Origin: an uncultured Candidatus Rokubacteria bacterium
Lineage (GTDB): Bacteria > Methylomirabilota > Methylomirabilia > Rokubacteriales > DASRDR01
Assembly: GCA_963708025.1 (NCBI GenBank)
Contig: CAVPSB010000013.1
Span: 288,001 to 352,000 of the forward strand
DNA length: 64,000 bases
Reading direction: 5' to 3'
A program made the translations under genes and the position numbers. The stretch's first letter is position 1, and every line of letters begins with the position of its first letter. Shown piece after piece: positions 50,296 through 64,000 of this stretch. Under the pieces are notes generated by a model that ran no database searches, was not told the origin of the DNA, and saw only the letters and a program-made list of their open reading frames with translations.

Positions 50296-51831
50296 TCAGC
50301 GGCACTGGCCCGGCCCGTCGACGAGGAGGACGTAAGCCACCCGGAACCGGTAGTGCCTCGACAGACGAAAGGGGACGTCGATGACGCGCACCGGCTCCTG
50401 CCCGCTCCAGCCGACCCCGAGAGTGGCCGTGGCCCACTCGCGAAAGCCGGCGGGGACCGTGCGCTTCGGCTCCAGTTCCCACACCAGGAGACACTGGCCA
50501 TCGCGGAGGGACGAGTGGGGTGCCGGGACGTAGTCGGGGTTCGTGAGCCGGATCACGCGTGAGTCCGGAAACCGCAGCCGGAGGTTTCCCGCCAGGGCGC
50601 CGCCGCCTGCGACGATCGTGCCACGGGAGAACCCGGCGGCGGCGATCTCGCCGGCGACCCGGTCGTACGGCACGTTGAAGCTCGACGGCTGCCCGAGGAA
50701 ATCGCCTCGAGAGATGCTCACGACGATGGCCAGCACGATGGCGGCCTCGGCGACGAGCAGAACGCGGGCGAAGCGCCGGACCGGGACCTCCACGTCTCCC
50801 AGGCGGTCGATCCGCGTGAATGCGTAGAGCGGGACCAGGAGGTAGAACGGCATCACCCACCGGAACTTCAGGTAGGTCACTTCCCCGATCAGGACGCCGC
50901 CCACGAGGAGACCGAGCTCGACCACCAGGAAGCGCTCCAGGAGTCGGCAGCCCGGAGCGGCCGATGCGATCGCCCCGCGTGTCGTCCAGGCCTTCGGGAA
51001 GAGGAGGAGGAGAACGAGCGCAAGGGGCATCAGGTGATAGAACGTGACCCGCGCGAGGTAGTAGAGCCCGCTCGCCACGCCCCTCACGTAGGAAGCGGCC
51101 ACCTCCGGGCCAATCTCCTCGACGTACATGCCCGCCAGTGACAGCCGTCGCGCGTAGAACCAGCTGAGGTAGGGTGAGACGAGCGCGATCGTGATCCCGA
51201 GGGTGAGCAGCATTCGGGGGGCGAGCAGTCGAGCCCGGAAGCTGGGAACGGTGAGTGCCGCGAGGAGCAGGGCGGCTGCGAAGAAGAGATAGCTGAACTT
51301 GGACAGCGTTCCCAGGGCGAGGGCCAGCCCGAGCGCCAGATAGGCACCCCGGCTGGGCGAGGCTTCCAGCCGGAGGAGCGCGTAAAAGGTACCGCTGGCG
51401 GCGGCCAGGGCAGCCACCGTGTGGGTCAGGAGCTCGTGGATCACCCAGTTGACGGGAACCATGAGGAAGAGGGCGAACGCCGCCAGCGCGGCAAGCCGGG
51501 CATCGCTCAAGAGGCGCCGCCCGCTCAGATAGGCGAAGCCGTACACGAGCCCGAGCAGGAGATACTTGACCAGCGCGAGGCTGAAGATCCCGACGCCGAG
51601 GACCTGGAAGGCGCCGAAGACCAGCCAGTTGAAGAGGGGAGGTTGCTTCGGCAGGTAGCCCAACGCGAGGCTCTGGGCAAAGAACGCGTCGCGGGCGTCG
51701 TCGCTCGTGAGGGTCGTGGAGAGGGTGAGCCGGAGCAGGACGTGGATCGCGAGGTAGAGCGCCAGGAGAGCGACGAACCCCCGGGGCTCGAGGAGGATAG
51801 GCGCCGCCCGCCACCGGGACGAGAGGGTCAT
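50296..51831 (-). CDS. GT39/ArnT-like membrane glycosyltransferase
   Basis: SDDA..QSLALGYLPKQPPLFNWL, LGTLSKFSY, many TM helices. Confidence 0.85.
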   Translation of the reverse strand: MTLSSRWRAAPILLEPRGFVALLALYLAIHVLLRLTLSTTLTSDDARDAFFAQSLALGYLPKQPPLFNWLVFGAFQVLGVGIFSLALVKYLLLGLVYGFAYLSGRRLLSDARLAALAAFALFLMVPVNWVIHELLTHTVAALAAASGTFYALLRLEASPSRGAYLALGLALALGTLSKFSYLFFAAALLLAALTVPSFRARLLAPRMLLTLGITIALVSPYLSWFYARRLSLAGMYVEEIGPEVAASYVRGVASGLYYLARVTFYHLMPLALVLLLLFPKAWTTRGAIASAAPGCRLLERFLVVELGLLVGGVLIGEVTYLKFRWVMPFYLLVPLYAFTRIDRLGDVEVPVRRFARVLLVAEAAIVLAIVVSISRGDFLGQPSSFNVPYDRVAGEIAAAGFSRGTIVAGGGALAGNLRLRFPDSRVIRLTNPDYVPAPHSSLRDGQCLLVWELEPKRTVPAGFREWATATLGVGWSGQEPVRVIDVPFRLSRHYRFRVAYVLLVDGPGQCR

Positions 51832-53123
51832 TCCCGGTACGCGGCGGGCCCGCCGGGGGCCATCACGGCCAGCGGCGTGCGGTGCCGCGGCCTCCCGATC
51901 CACCCGACAACCCCGTAGCCCGCCAGGACGCAGAAGAGCGGGTAGAGAGGCGCCGCGAACCGCAGGTTCCCGTTCGACACGAGCGCGTGAACCAGGGCGA
52001 AGCTGGCGATCAGCGGCCAGAGCCCGCCGGTCGGCTGGCCGCGCCGGAGCAGGAGGGCCGTTCCGACGAGGGCGAGCGGGTACGTGACCAGATACTGGAG
52101 CGCCAGGCCCCGGTAAAGCCAGGTGACCAGCCGGGCGCTGCCCGGACCCTCGAAGCCGTGCCACCACAGATTGGCGCGGGGTCGCACCGGGGAGAACAGC
52201 TCGACGACGCGGCGGAGGTAGATCGCCGCCGCCCGACCGGGTGAACGCTGCACGGCCTGCTTGATCTCCCCGAGCAGCAGCCGGTTGATCTGGGCCTCGT
52301 TCAGACCCCGGGCCACGGCGGCCCGCACGAGGCCGGCTCGGTCGATGGGGAATGCCCGCGAGTTGTGGAGGCCGAGGTTCGTCGAGAAGAGGACGACCTC
52401 GCCGAGCCGCGCGTGGTTCCGCGCCGCCCACCCCGCCACCGCCGCCGCCGACGGCGCGAGGGCCAGCGCGCAGAGGAGCGCCACGCGCCCGGCGCCGCCG
52501 CTTCGCGCCACCCGCCACAGGGCCGACGGGACCACGACCAGGGCGATGGGGCGCACGAACAGCGCAGCAGCCAGGAGGCAGCCGAACCCGAGCGCGGCGA
52601 CCGCGTGCGCCGCCACTCGTCCGGTGACGACCAGGAACGCCAGCCCTGCGAAGAGCGCGGTGAACAGGGACTCGGTCATCAGCGCGGGCGTCCAGATGAC
52701 GTGCAGCGCGAATAGCATCTGGGCCACCCGGCCGACCCCCGGCCCGAACAGCCGCCGACCCGTCAGCAGCACGAGGATCTCGGCGACCAGGTCACACAGG
52801 ACGTTGGCGAGGTAGGCGTGGATCGGGCGCCACCCGAAGAGCCCGTAGACGAGGGCCAGGAACACGGGATACCCGGGCATCCGGTACGCCCGGAACGTGA
52901 GGCCCCGGTAGGCCGCCGTCTCGCCGGCGTACTCCTGCTGATACCCGCGGCCGGCAAGGAGGCTCTCGGCGAGGGCGTGGTAGTCGCGAGTGTCGGCAAC
53001 CGGGTGCCAGGTCACGTGGCCGACGATGACCACCCGGAGCACCAGCGAGAAGACGAGGATGGCTGCTTCCGGCCAACCCAAGAAGAGGGGCGTGGGACGT
53101 GCTTCGTGACCGTGCGCCACCAT
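51828..53123 (-). CDS. GT39/ArnT-like membrane glycosyltransferase
   Basis: DTRDYHALA, YRMPGYPVFLA, LMTESLFT, LFVRP, RFAAPLYP. Confidence 0.82.
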   Translation of the reverse strand: MVAHGHEARPTPLFLGWPEAAILVFSLVLRVVIVGHVTWHPVADTRDYHALAESLLAGRGYQQEYAGETAAYRGLTFRAYRMPGYPVFLALVYGLFGWRPIHAYLANVLCDLVAEILVLLTGRRLFGPGVGRVAQMLFALHVIWTPALMTESLFTALFAGLAFLVVTGRVAAHAVAALGFGCLLAAALFVRPIALVVVPSALWRVARSGGAGRVALLCALALAPSAAAVAGWAARNHARLGEVVLFSTNLGLHNSRAFPIDRAGLVRAAVARGLNEAQINRLLLGEIKQAVQRSPGRAAAIYLRRVVELFSPVRPRANLWWHGFEGPGSARLVTWLYRGLALQYLVTYPLALVGTALLLRRGQPTGGLWPLIASFALVHALVSNGNLRFAAPLYPLFCVLAGYGVVGWIGRPRHRTPLAVMAPGGPAAYRE

Positions 53124-53501
53124 CCGCCCGGCAGTATAGGAACGCCCGCGACCCGCGTCGATCAGATCAGGTCAGGCGTGTGGTCGAGGCGGCGGCCGGA
53201 GCCGCAACCGCCGAGGACCTGATCGGAACGCTCTCTCGCCACCTCACCTGCACGGACCGGAGCGCCGATCCCGCCGGACGCTTCCCCCTCGCGACGGCGT
53301 CCGACACCGGCCGTGCCGAGGCGTGGCTGCTGCGCAGCCTGATCAAGGATACAGAGGGCTTCATGTCTCACGCGCCGGAGCTGGGCCCCGGTCGTGGCCA
53401 TGTGCGCCCAGGCGGCGCTCGTCGTGAGCGGGCCGGGCCTCCTCCTGCCGGCGGTCGAGGCCCAGGTGGGCTATCGGGTCGAGGCCCTGGGCTGGGGGGG
53501 C

Positions 53502-53546
53502 TAGTCAACACAATGGCCGTTCTCGGGCATGGTCTCCCCAGGGGGG
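53502..53546 (-). repeat. dif-like site 2 plus conserved flank
   Basis: Reverse complement of 53503-53530: ATGCCCGAGAA-CGGCCA-TTGTGTTGACT. Confidence 0.8.
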
Positions 53547-53646
53547 CCCGTCCGTCGCGGGCGCGCCGGCGCCGATTCTTGTAAGATGCCCAGGATGGAC
53601 GGACGGGGAGCCTCCCGGATCTGGCGGGCCGCCCGGACGCTATGAC

Positions 53647-54777
53647 GTGCACCGGCTTCGCACGCTGCTGACACTCGGCGCCCTCGCCGGCGGTGGCGTC
53701 CTCGCGGCGCTCCTGCTGCTCGAGATCGGCGTGCGCGCGATCGGGGCGTTCGATCGGAACACCTTCGATCGGCTCGCCGAGGACAGCCCGGTCAAGCCGG
53801 GCCACGACCTGCGCATAGGTCACCTGATCCGCCGCAGCGACGACGACCGCGTCGTGTACGAGCTGCGACCGGGACTCCACGGCCGGTTGCTCGGACACGA
53901 GGTCCGCATCAACGCGCTCGGCATGCGCGATCCGCCGCGCAGCGCCGCCAAGCGCCGCGGCGTCTTCCGGATCCTGGCGCTCGGGGACTCGCACCTCTTC
54001 GGCTGGGGCGTCGGCCAGGACGAGTCCTTCGCGCCGGTGCTCGAAGGCCTGCTGGCGGCCCGTGGGCCGGGCCGCTTCGAGGTGCTGAACGCCGGCGTGC
54101 CCGGCTACAACACCGTCATGGAAGCGCGCGTCTTCGAGCGCCGCGCCGCGGAGCTCGCGCCCGATCTGGTGCTGATTCACTACGTCTACAACGACATGGA
54201 CATGCCGAACTTCCTGGCCACGCCGACCGACCCCTGGACGCTGCGGCACTCGTATCTCGCCGAGCTGGTGCGGCGCCGCCTGGCGCGGCTCGGCGGCGCC
54301 ACCCTGCTGCCCAGCGAGCTGTTCGGAACGGCGCTGGACCCGGAGACGGGCCGCTACCGCATCCCGGACGACCGGATCCCCGAGCGCTACCGGCCGCTCC
54401 AGGGCTGGGACCGCATGGTCGAGGCCTACCGGAGCCTCGCCGCGCTCGCGCGGGCCCGCGCCATCCCGTATGCCGTGCTGGTCCACTGGAACGACTATGG
54501 GCCGCGGCTGGCCGGGCGGGGCGACGACGCGCTGCCCGAGCGCGTGCGGGGGCTGAAGCGGACCCTCGCCGCCGAGGGCTACATCGTCATCGACCCCCAG
54601 GATCGCGCGGTGGAGACCTTGCGCCGGCAAGGGCTGCCGGGGCAGGCGCTCTGGATCAAGCCCACCGACACCCACATGAGTCGCCTGTTCCACCGGATCG
54701 CCGCGCGCGAGATCCTCGAGCGGCTCGACGGCGCGGGCGTCCTCCCGGCGACGCCCTCCCCCCCCAGGGGGCCATGA
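53647..54777 (+). CDS. SGNH/GDSL hydrolase with N-terminal membrane anchor
   Basis: Block I LGDSHLFG, block II NAGVPGY, block III YVYND, block V DTH. Confidence 0.88.
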   Translation: MHRLRTLLTLGALAGGGVLAALLLLEIGVRAIGAFDRNTFDRLAEDSPVKPGHDLRIGHLIRRSDDDRVVYELRPGLHGRLLGHEVRINALGMRDPPRSAAKRRGVFRILALGDSHLFGWGVGQDESFAPVLEGLLAARGPGRFEVLNAGVPGYNTVMEARVFERRAAELAPDLVLIHYVYNDMDMPNFLATPTDPWTLRHSYLAELVRRRLARLGGATLLPSELFGTALDPETGRYRIPDDRIPERYRPLQGWDRMVEAYRSLAALARARAIPYAVLVHWNDYGPRLAGRGDDALPERVRGLKRTLAAEGYIVIDPQDRAVETLRRQGLPGQALWIKPTDTHMSRLFHRIAAREILERLDGAGVLPATPSPPRGP

Positions 54778-54802
54778 CCGAGAAGGGGCATTGTGTTGAC
54801 TA
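54758..54802 (+). repeat. dif-like site 3 plus conserved flank (inverted relative to sites 1 and 2)
   Basis: 54774-54801: ATGACCGAGAA-GGGGCA-TTGTGTTGACT. Confidence 0.8.
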
Positions 54803-54984
54803 CCTCCTTTCGTGTTCGCGGCGCGCATAGTGACGATACGTGGCTCGTTCAGCCCGTGCGACCCGCGACGACCGAGGGGGCGCGCCGGCGCTTCACGCCC
54901 TTCGTCCTCACCAGAGCAGCACGCGAAGCGTCTCCCAGCGCGAGGGCGGCGGCATCGGGGCGCTGGGAGACGGCACCGGGAAAG

Positions 54985-55285
54985 CCGTGCCCGCGCCGGC
55001 GCGCGTAGGCCGCCAGCGCGTAGGCCGCCAGGTAGAGATCCACGTACTCGCGCGCCGCCTGGGTCCAGGAGTGGTCGTCCCGCATCGCGCGGCGGCGCAT
55101 CGCCTCAATGTGCGCCGGCCGGTCGTACCACGTCGAGACGGCCCATCCGATCGTGTCGGCGAGGCTCCCCTGCGAGGTCACCGAACACGAACCCGGTGCC
55201 GGCCCCGCTCGCCTTGTCGTAGCTCCACCGTGTCCACCAGCCCGTCGGTGGCCCGGACGATGGGCAACGCCCCCTACCGCTTTAG
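54985..55285 (-). pseudogene. glgA: Glycogen synthase C-terminal remnant
   Basis: R*GALPIVRATDGLVDTVE/GTGFVF/IGWAVSTWYDRP..MRRRAMRDDHSW..AREYVDLY; in-frame TAG, indels and a 15-bp duplication. Confidence 0.8.
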
Positions 55286-55341
55286 CCGCCGCACGGTGCG
55301 CCCGCAGGCCGGGCGAGTTCTCGGCGCGCGCTCGCGCCGGA

Positions 55342-57758
55342 TCAGTACGGCCACTTCCAGTCGTCGACCTCCGGCTTGTCGATGCCGTGCTCGTAGGCGT
55401 AGTTCTGGCACTCGATCTGCATGTTGCGCAGCTTCTCCTTGGCGTGGGCACCGGCCACGTGCAGCGCGGGCACGCGGTCGATGACGTCGATGGCCAGGCT
55501 GAAGCGGTCGATCTGGTTCTGGATGGCCAGATCGAGCGGCGTGTTGATGTTGCCCTTCTCCTTGTAGCCGCGCACGTGCAGGTTCTTGTGGTTGGTGCGC
55601 CGGTAGGTCAGGCGATGGATCAGCCAGGGATAGCCGTGGAAGTTGAAGATGATCGGCTTGTCCACGGTGAACAGGCTGTCGAAGTCCCGGTCCGAGAGGC
55701 CGTGCGGATGCTCGCTGGACGGGCGTGAGCTTGTAGCAGGTCCACCACGTTGACGAAGCGGATCTTGAGGTCGGGGAAGTGCTCCCGCAGCAGCACCACC
55801 GCCGCCAGCGCCTCCTTGGTGGGGATGTCGCCGGCGCAGGCCATCACCACGTCCGGCTCGACGCCCTCGTCGTTGCTCGCCTTGCGCCAGATGCCGATGC
55901 CCTTGGTGCAGTGCGCGATGGCCTCGTCCATGGTCATGTACTGCAGGTGCTTCTGCTTGTCGCAGACGATCACGTTGATGTAGTCGGTGCTCCGCAGGCA
56001 GTGATCGGCCACGCTGAGCAGAGCAGTTGACATCCGGCGGCAGGTAGATGCGGCAGACATCCGGGCTCTTGTTCACCACCACGTCGAGGAAGCCGGGATC
56101 CTGGTGGGTGAAGCCGTTGTGATCCTGGCGCCACACGGTGGAGGTGATCAGCAGGTTGAGCGAGGACACCGGCGCCCGCCAGGGCAGCTCGCGGCAGATG
56201 GCGAGCCACTTGGCGTGCTGGTTGAACATGGAATCGATGACGTGGACGAAGGCTTCGTAGGTGGAGAAGAAGCCGTGGCGGCCGGTGAGCAGATAGCCTT
56301 CGAGCCAGCCCTCCAGGGTGTGCTCCGAGAGCATCTCCAGGACCCGGCCGTCGGGCGACAGCTCGCCGCCGTCGGCGTCCTCCGGCAGGTAGTCGGCCAG
56401 CCACAGCTTCTTGCTCACCTCGTAGATGGCATCGAGCTTGTTCGAGCGTGTTCTCGTCGGGGCCGAAGACGCGGAAGTTCGTCATGTTCTGCCGCATGAT
56501 GTCGCGCAGGAAGCGCGCCCAGCGGGCGGGTGTTCTCGGCCGCGACCTGCCCGGGCTTCTCCACCTCGATGGCATAGTCGCGGAAGTCCGGCATGCGCAG
56601 CGGCTTCCGCAGCAAGCCCGCCGTTGGCGTGAGGATTGGCGCTCATGCGCCGCGTGCCCTTGGGGGCGAGCGCCTTCAGTTCCGGGATCAGCCGCCCGTT
56701 GTCGTCGAACAGCTCCTCGGGCTTGTAGCTGCGCAGCCAGTCTTCCAGCTGCTTCAGATGGGCCGGGTTCTCGTGCACGCCCGAGAGCGGCACCTGGTGG
56801 GCGCGCCAGAAGCCTTCCACCTTGTGGCCGTCCACTTCCTTGGGGCCGGTCCAGCCCTTGGGGCTGCGCAGCACGATCATGGGCCAGCGCGGCCGGGTGG
56901 GCTTGCCGCTCGCGCGCGCCTCCTGCTGGATGCGGCGAATCTCCAGCACGCAGTCCTCCAGGGTCGCGGCCATCTTCTGGTGCATGAGCTCGGGATCGTC
57001 GCCCTTCCACGAAATGGGGCGTCCAGCCGTAGCCCTTGAACAGGCTCTCCAGCTCCTCGTGGGAGATGCGCGAGAGCAGCGTCGGGTTGTTGATCTTGTA
57101 GCCGTTGAGATGCAGGATCGGCAGCACCGCGCCGTCGCGGATCGGGTTCAGGAACTTGTTGGAATGCCAGGAGGTGGCCAGCGGCCCGGTCTCCGCTTCG
57201 CCGTCGCCCACCACCACCGCCACCAGCAGGTCCGGATTGTCGAAGGCGGCGCCGAAGGCGTGCGAGACGCTGTAGCCCAGCTCGCCGCCTTCGTGGATGG
57301 AGCCCGGCGTCTCCGGCGTGCAGTGGCTGCCGATGCCGCCGGGGAAGGAGAATTCCTTGAAGAACTCGCGCATCCCCTCCTCGTCCTCGCCCTTGTTCGG
57401 ATAGATCTCCGAGTAGGCGCCCTCCAGATAGACCGGCGCCAGCACGCCCGGCGCGCCGTGGCCGGGGCCGGCCAGGAAGATGGCGTCCAGGTCGTACTTG
57501 TTGATCAGGCGGTTGAGGTGAATGTAGGCGAAGCTCAAGCCGGGACTCGCGCCCCAGTGCCCCAGCAGGCGCTGCTTGATGTGCTCCGGCTTCAAGGGCT
57601 CGCGGAGCAGCGGATTGGTCGCGCAGATAGATCATGCCGGCGGCCAGGTAGTTGCAGGCCCGCCAGTAGGCGTCGATCTTGCGAAGCTCGTCGGCGGACA
57701 GCCGGTCCTTGCTGGCGTCCGCGCTCGTCGCCGTCACATCGGTCCGTACCGGTGTCAT
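55342..57758 (-). CDS. xfp: Phosphoketolase, multiple frameshifts
   Basis: [76 protein letters not shown]. Confidence 0.93.
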
Positions 57759-57850
57759 CGTCTCTCCTCCGTGTTCGACCGTCGGTCAACCTCGTCCATG
57801 ACCGCCCGCGGCGGGGTCCATCCTCGCCATGGGCCGTCGTCTCGACCACC

Positions 57851-58932
57851 TCACTGCGTGGGGATCGTCAGGACGGGGGCGCCTTCCCGGCCCCCCGTCT
57901 CCACGAGCGTGAAGATGAACATCAGGAACGAGAACATCCGCTTGGAGGCCATGTCGCGGTCGTCGATCGAGAACCAGTGGCCGCGATAGGGCACCGCCGC
58001 GAACGCGTCACCGGTGCGCTCCGCCGAGCTGGCGACCCGGATCAGCGGCGGGAGCGCACCCTCGGGCCCCGCTTCGTCCTCCTGCGTCGGCCCCACCCGT
58101 CGCTCCGTCACGTGCACCTCGGGCACGCTGATGAACGACGAGACGTCGACGAGCACCTCGAGGATCGACCGGCTCAGGATGGCGACCTCCCGGTCGGTCG
58201 CGGCCACGGACCCGTAGACGACCTGGAATTCCGAGGCGGTCGGGTCGAGGCCCAGGAGCTTCCGCACGGCGAGCGCGGCCTCGGCGGTGGCCGGGTCGAT
58301 CCGCTGGCGGAGGGTCAGGAGGATCGCCGTCTCGCGATCGACCCGCTGGACGCGCAGGCCGATGCCGCCCGCCAGCTGGATCTTCCGCAGGTCTCGCAGC
58401 AGAGCGTGGAACTCCGGGTCGGCCGGGCGCGCCCGGTAGTCGCCGCCGTAGCGGTTGCGGATCCCGTTCACCTCGTGCACGGCCAGTCGCAGCACCACGT
58501 CCACGGGATACCCGGCCTGGATGAGACCCATGAGGGCCGGCGGGGGCAGCGGCGTCATCATGGCGCGCGCGAATCGCTCCCCCACCAGGGGCGCGTAGGT
58601 GATGGTCGGGCGGTCGATGTACCGGCCCTGGGCCGCCAGGGAGACGCTGCTGTCGGGGACGCCCGGGACGACGCTGCCGGAGCTGAAGAGCGTCCCCCGG
58701 CCTGGACCGTGCTCTCCAGCGTGTAGCCGCTGACGATCTGCCCGACGTCCAGGAACACCGGGGTGTCGCCGTAGCGCAGCTTGACCAGGTTCAGGAGCAT
58801 CTGGCTCTTCCACGACTCGGCCACCGCGGAGGTGTAGTCGAACCGGTCCCGCGTCACCGTCCCCGGCCCGATGCTCGCGCATCCCGCCAGGCCGAGCGCC
58901 GCGAGGAGCGACAGCGCCCCGCTTCGCGACAT
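57851..58932 (-). CDS. Conserved hypothetical lipoprotein (frameshift near 58700)
   Basis: LAGC lipobox; [54 protein letters not shown]. Confidence 0.8.
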
Positions 58933-58939
58933 CCATCGC

Positions 58940-63750
<4,811 letters not shown>

Positions 63751-63786
63751 GGCCTCTTCCCCCCCGGTGCTCGTGCGGTTCGATCC

Positions 63787-64000
63787 TCAGGCGCCCAGGG
63801 CATTGCTCACGATCTCCTGCGCCTCGCCGACCAAAGCGTCCAGGTGCGCCTGGTCCCGGAAGCTCTCGGCGTAGACCTTGTAGAGGTTCTCGGTGCCGGA
63901 GGGCCGGGCCGCGAACCACCCGCTGGCCGCCACCACCTTCAGCCCGTCGATGGGGGCGTCGTTCCCCGGCGCCCGGGTCAGCTTGGCGGTGATCGGCTCG
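63787..64000 (-). CDS. pgm: Phosphoglucomutase, C-terminal end (partial)
   Basis: [43 protein letters not shown]. Confidence 0.9.
   Translation of the reverse strand, partial: EPITAKLTRAPGNDAPIDGLKVVAASGWFAARPSGTENLYKVYAESFRDQAHLDALVGEAQEIVSNALGA

Noticed and set aside
54579-54791. 70-aa minus-strand ORF with strong AGGAGG RBS starting inside site 3
   Set aside because: Antisense to the SGNH gene with no recognisable protein features; the ATG is part of the repeat
50210-54802. The repeats as a CRISPR array or integron attC sites
   Set aside because: Kilobase spacing and mixed orientation; no cas or intI gene; no internal attC hairpin or GTTRRRY core

Overview
Very GC-rich (roughly 70%+ by eye) chromosomal window from a diderm bacterium; gene style is compatible with Ca. 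Rokubacteria/Methylomirabilota (inference only). Contents in order: a partial MscS-like membrane protein, a receiver-only response regulator, exported hypotheticals, an alpha/beta hydrolase-DUF4105 pair, a truncated acyl-CoA dehydrogenase abutting a vapBC module, an octaheme cytochrome c-TPR protein, HdeD, and an RND efflux operon. Next come an amino-acid decarboxylation locus (Orn/Lys/Arg-type decarboxylase, two AspT antiporters, OprD porin, aspD) opposite a wHTH-STAND regulator, a patch with AI-2E, DUF2092 and SemiSWEET genes, and tamB-tamA/bamA-surA-like genes. SYLF, fasciclin and TM-helix genes follow, then an IS1380 remnant, two GT39 glycosyltransferases, an SGNH hydrolase and a pgm-glgX-GH63-lipoprotein-xfp operon. 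Many genes carry single-base frameshifts, most likely long-read errors, and many intergenic gaps hold decayed gene scraps. The most notable signal is three 28-bp sites with 11-6-11 Xer/dif-like architecture (50210, 53503, 54774) that bracket the GT39 and SGNH genes like cassettes. Second is a 38-bp conserved upstream motif linking the STAND regulator to a small orphan protein 20 kb away. No rRNA, tRNA or CRISPR array was seen.
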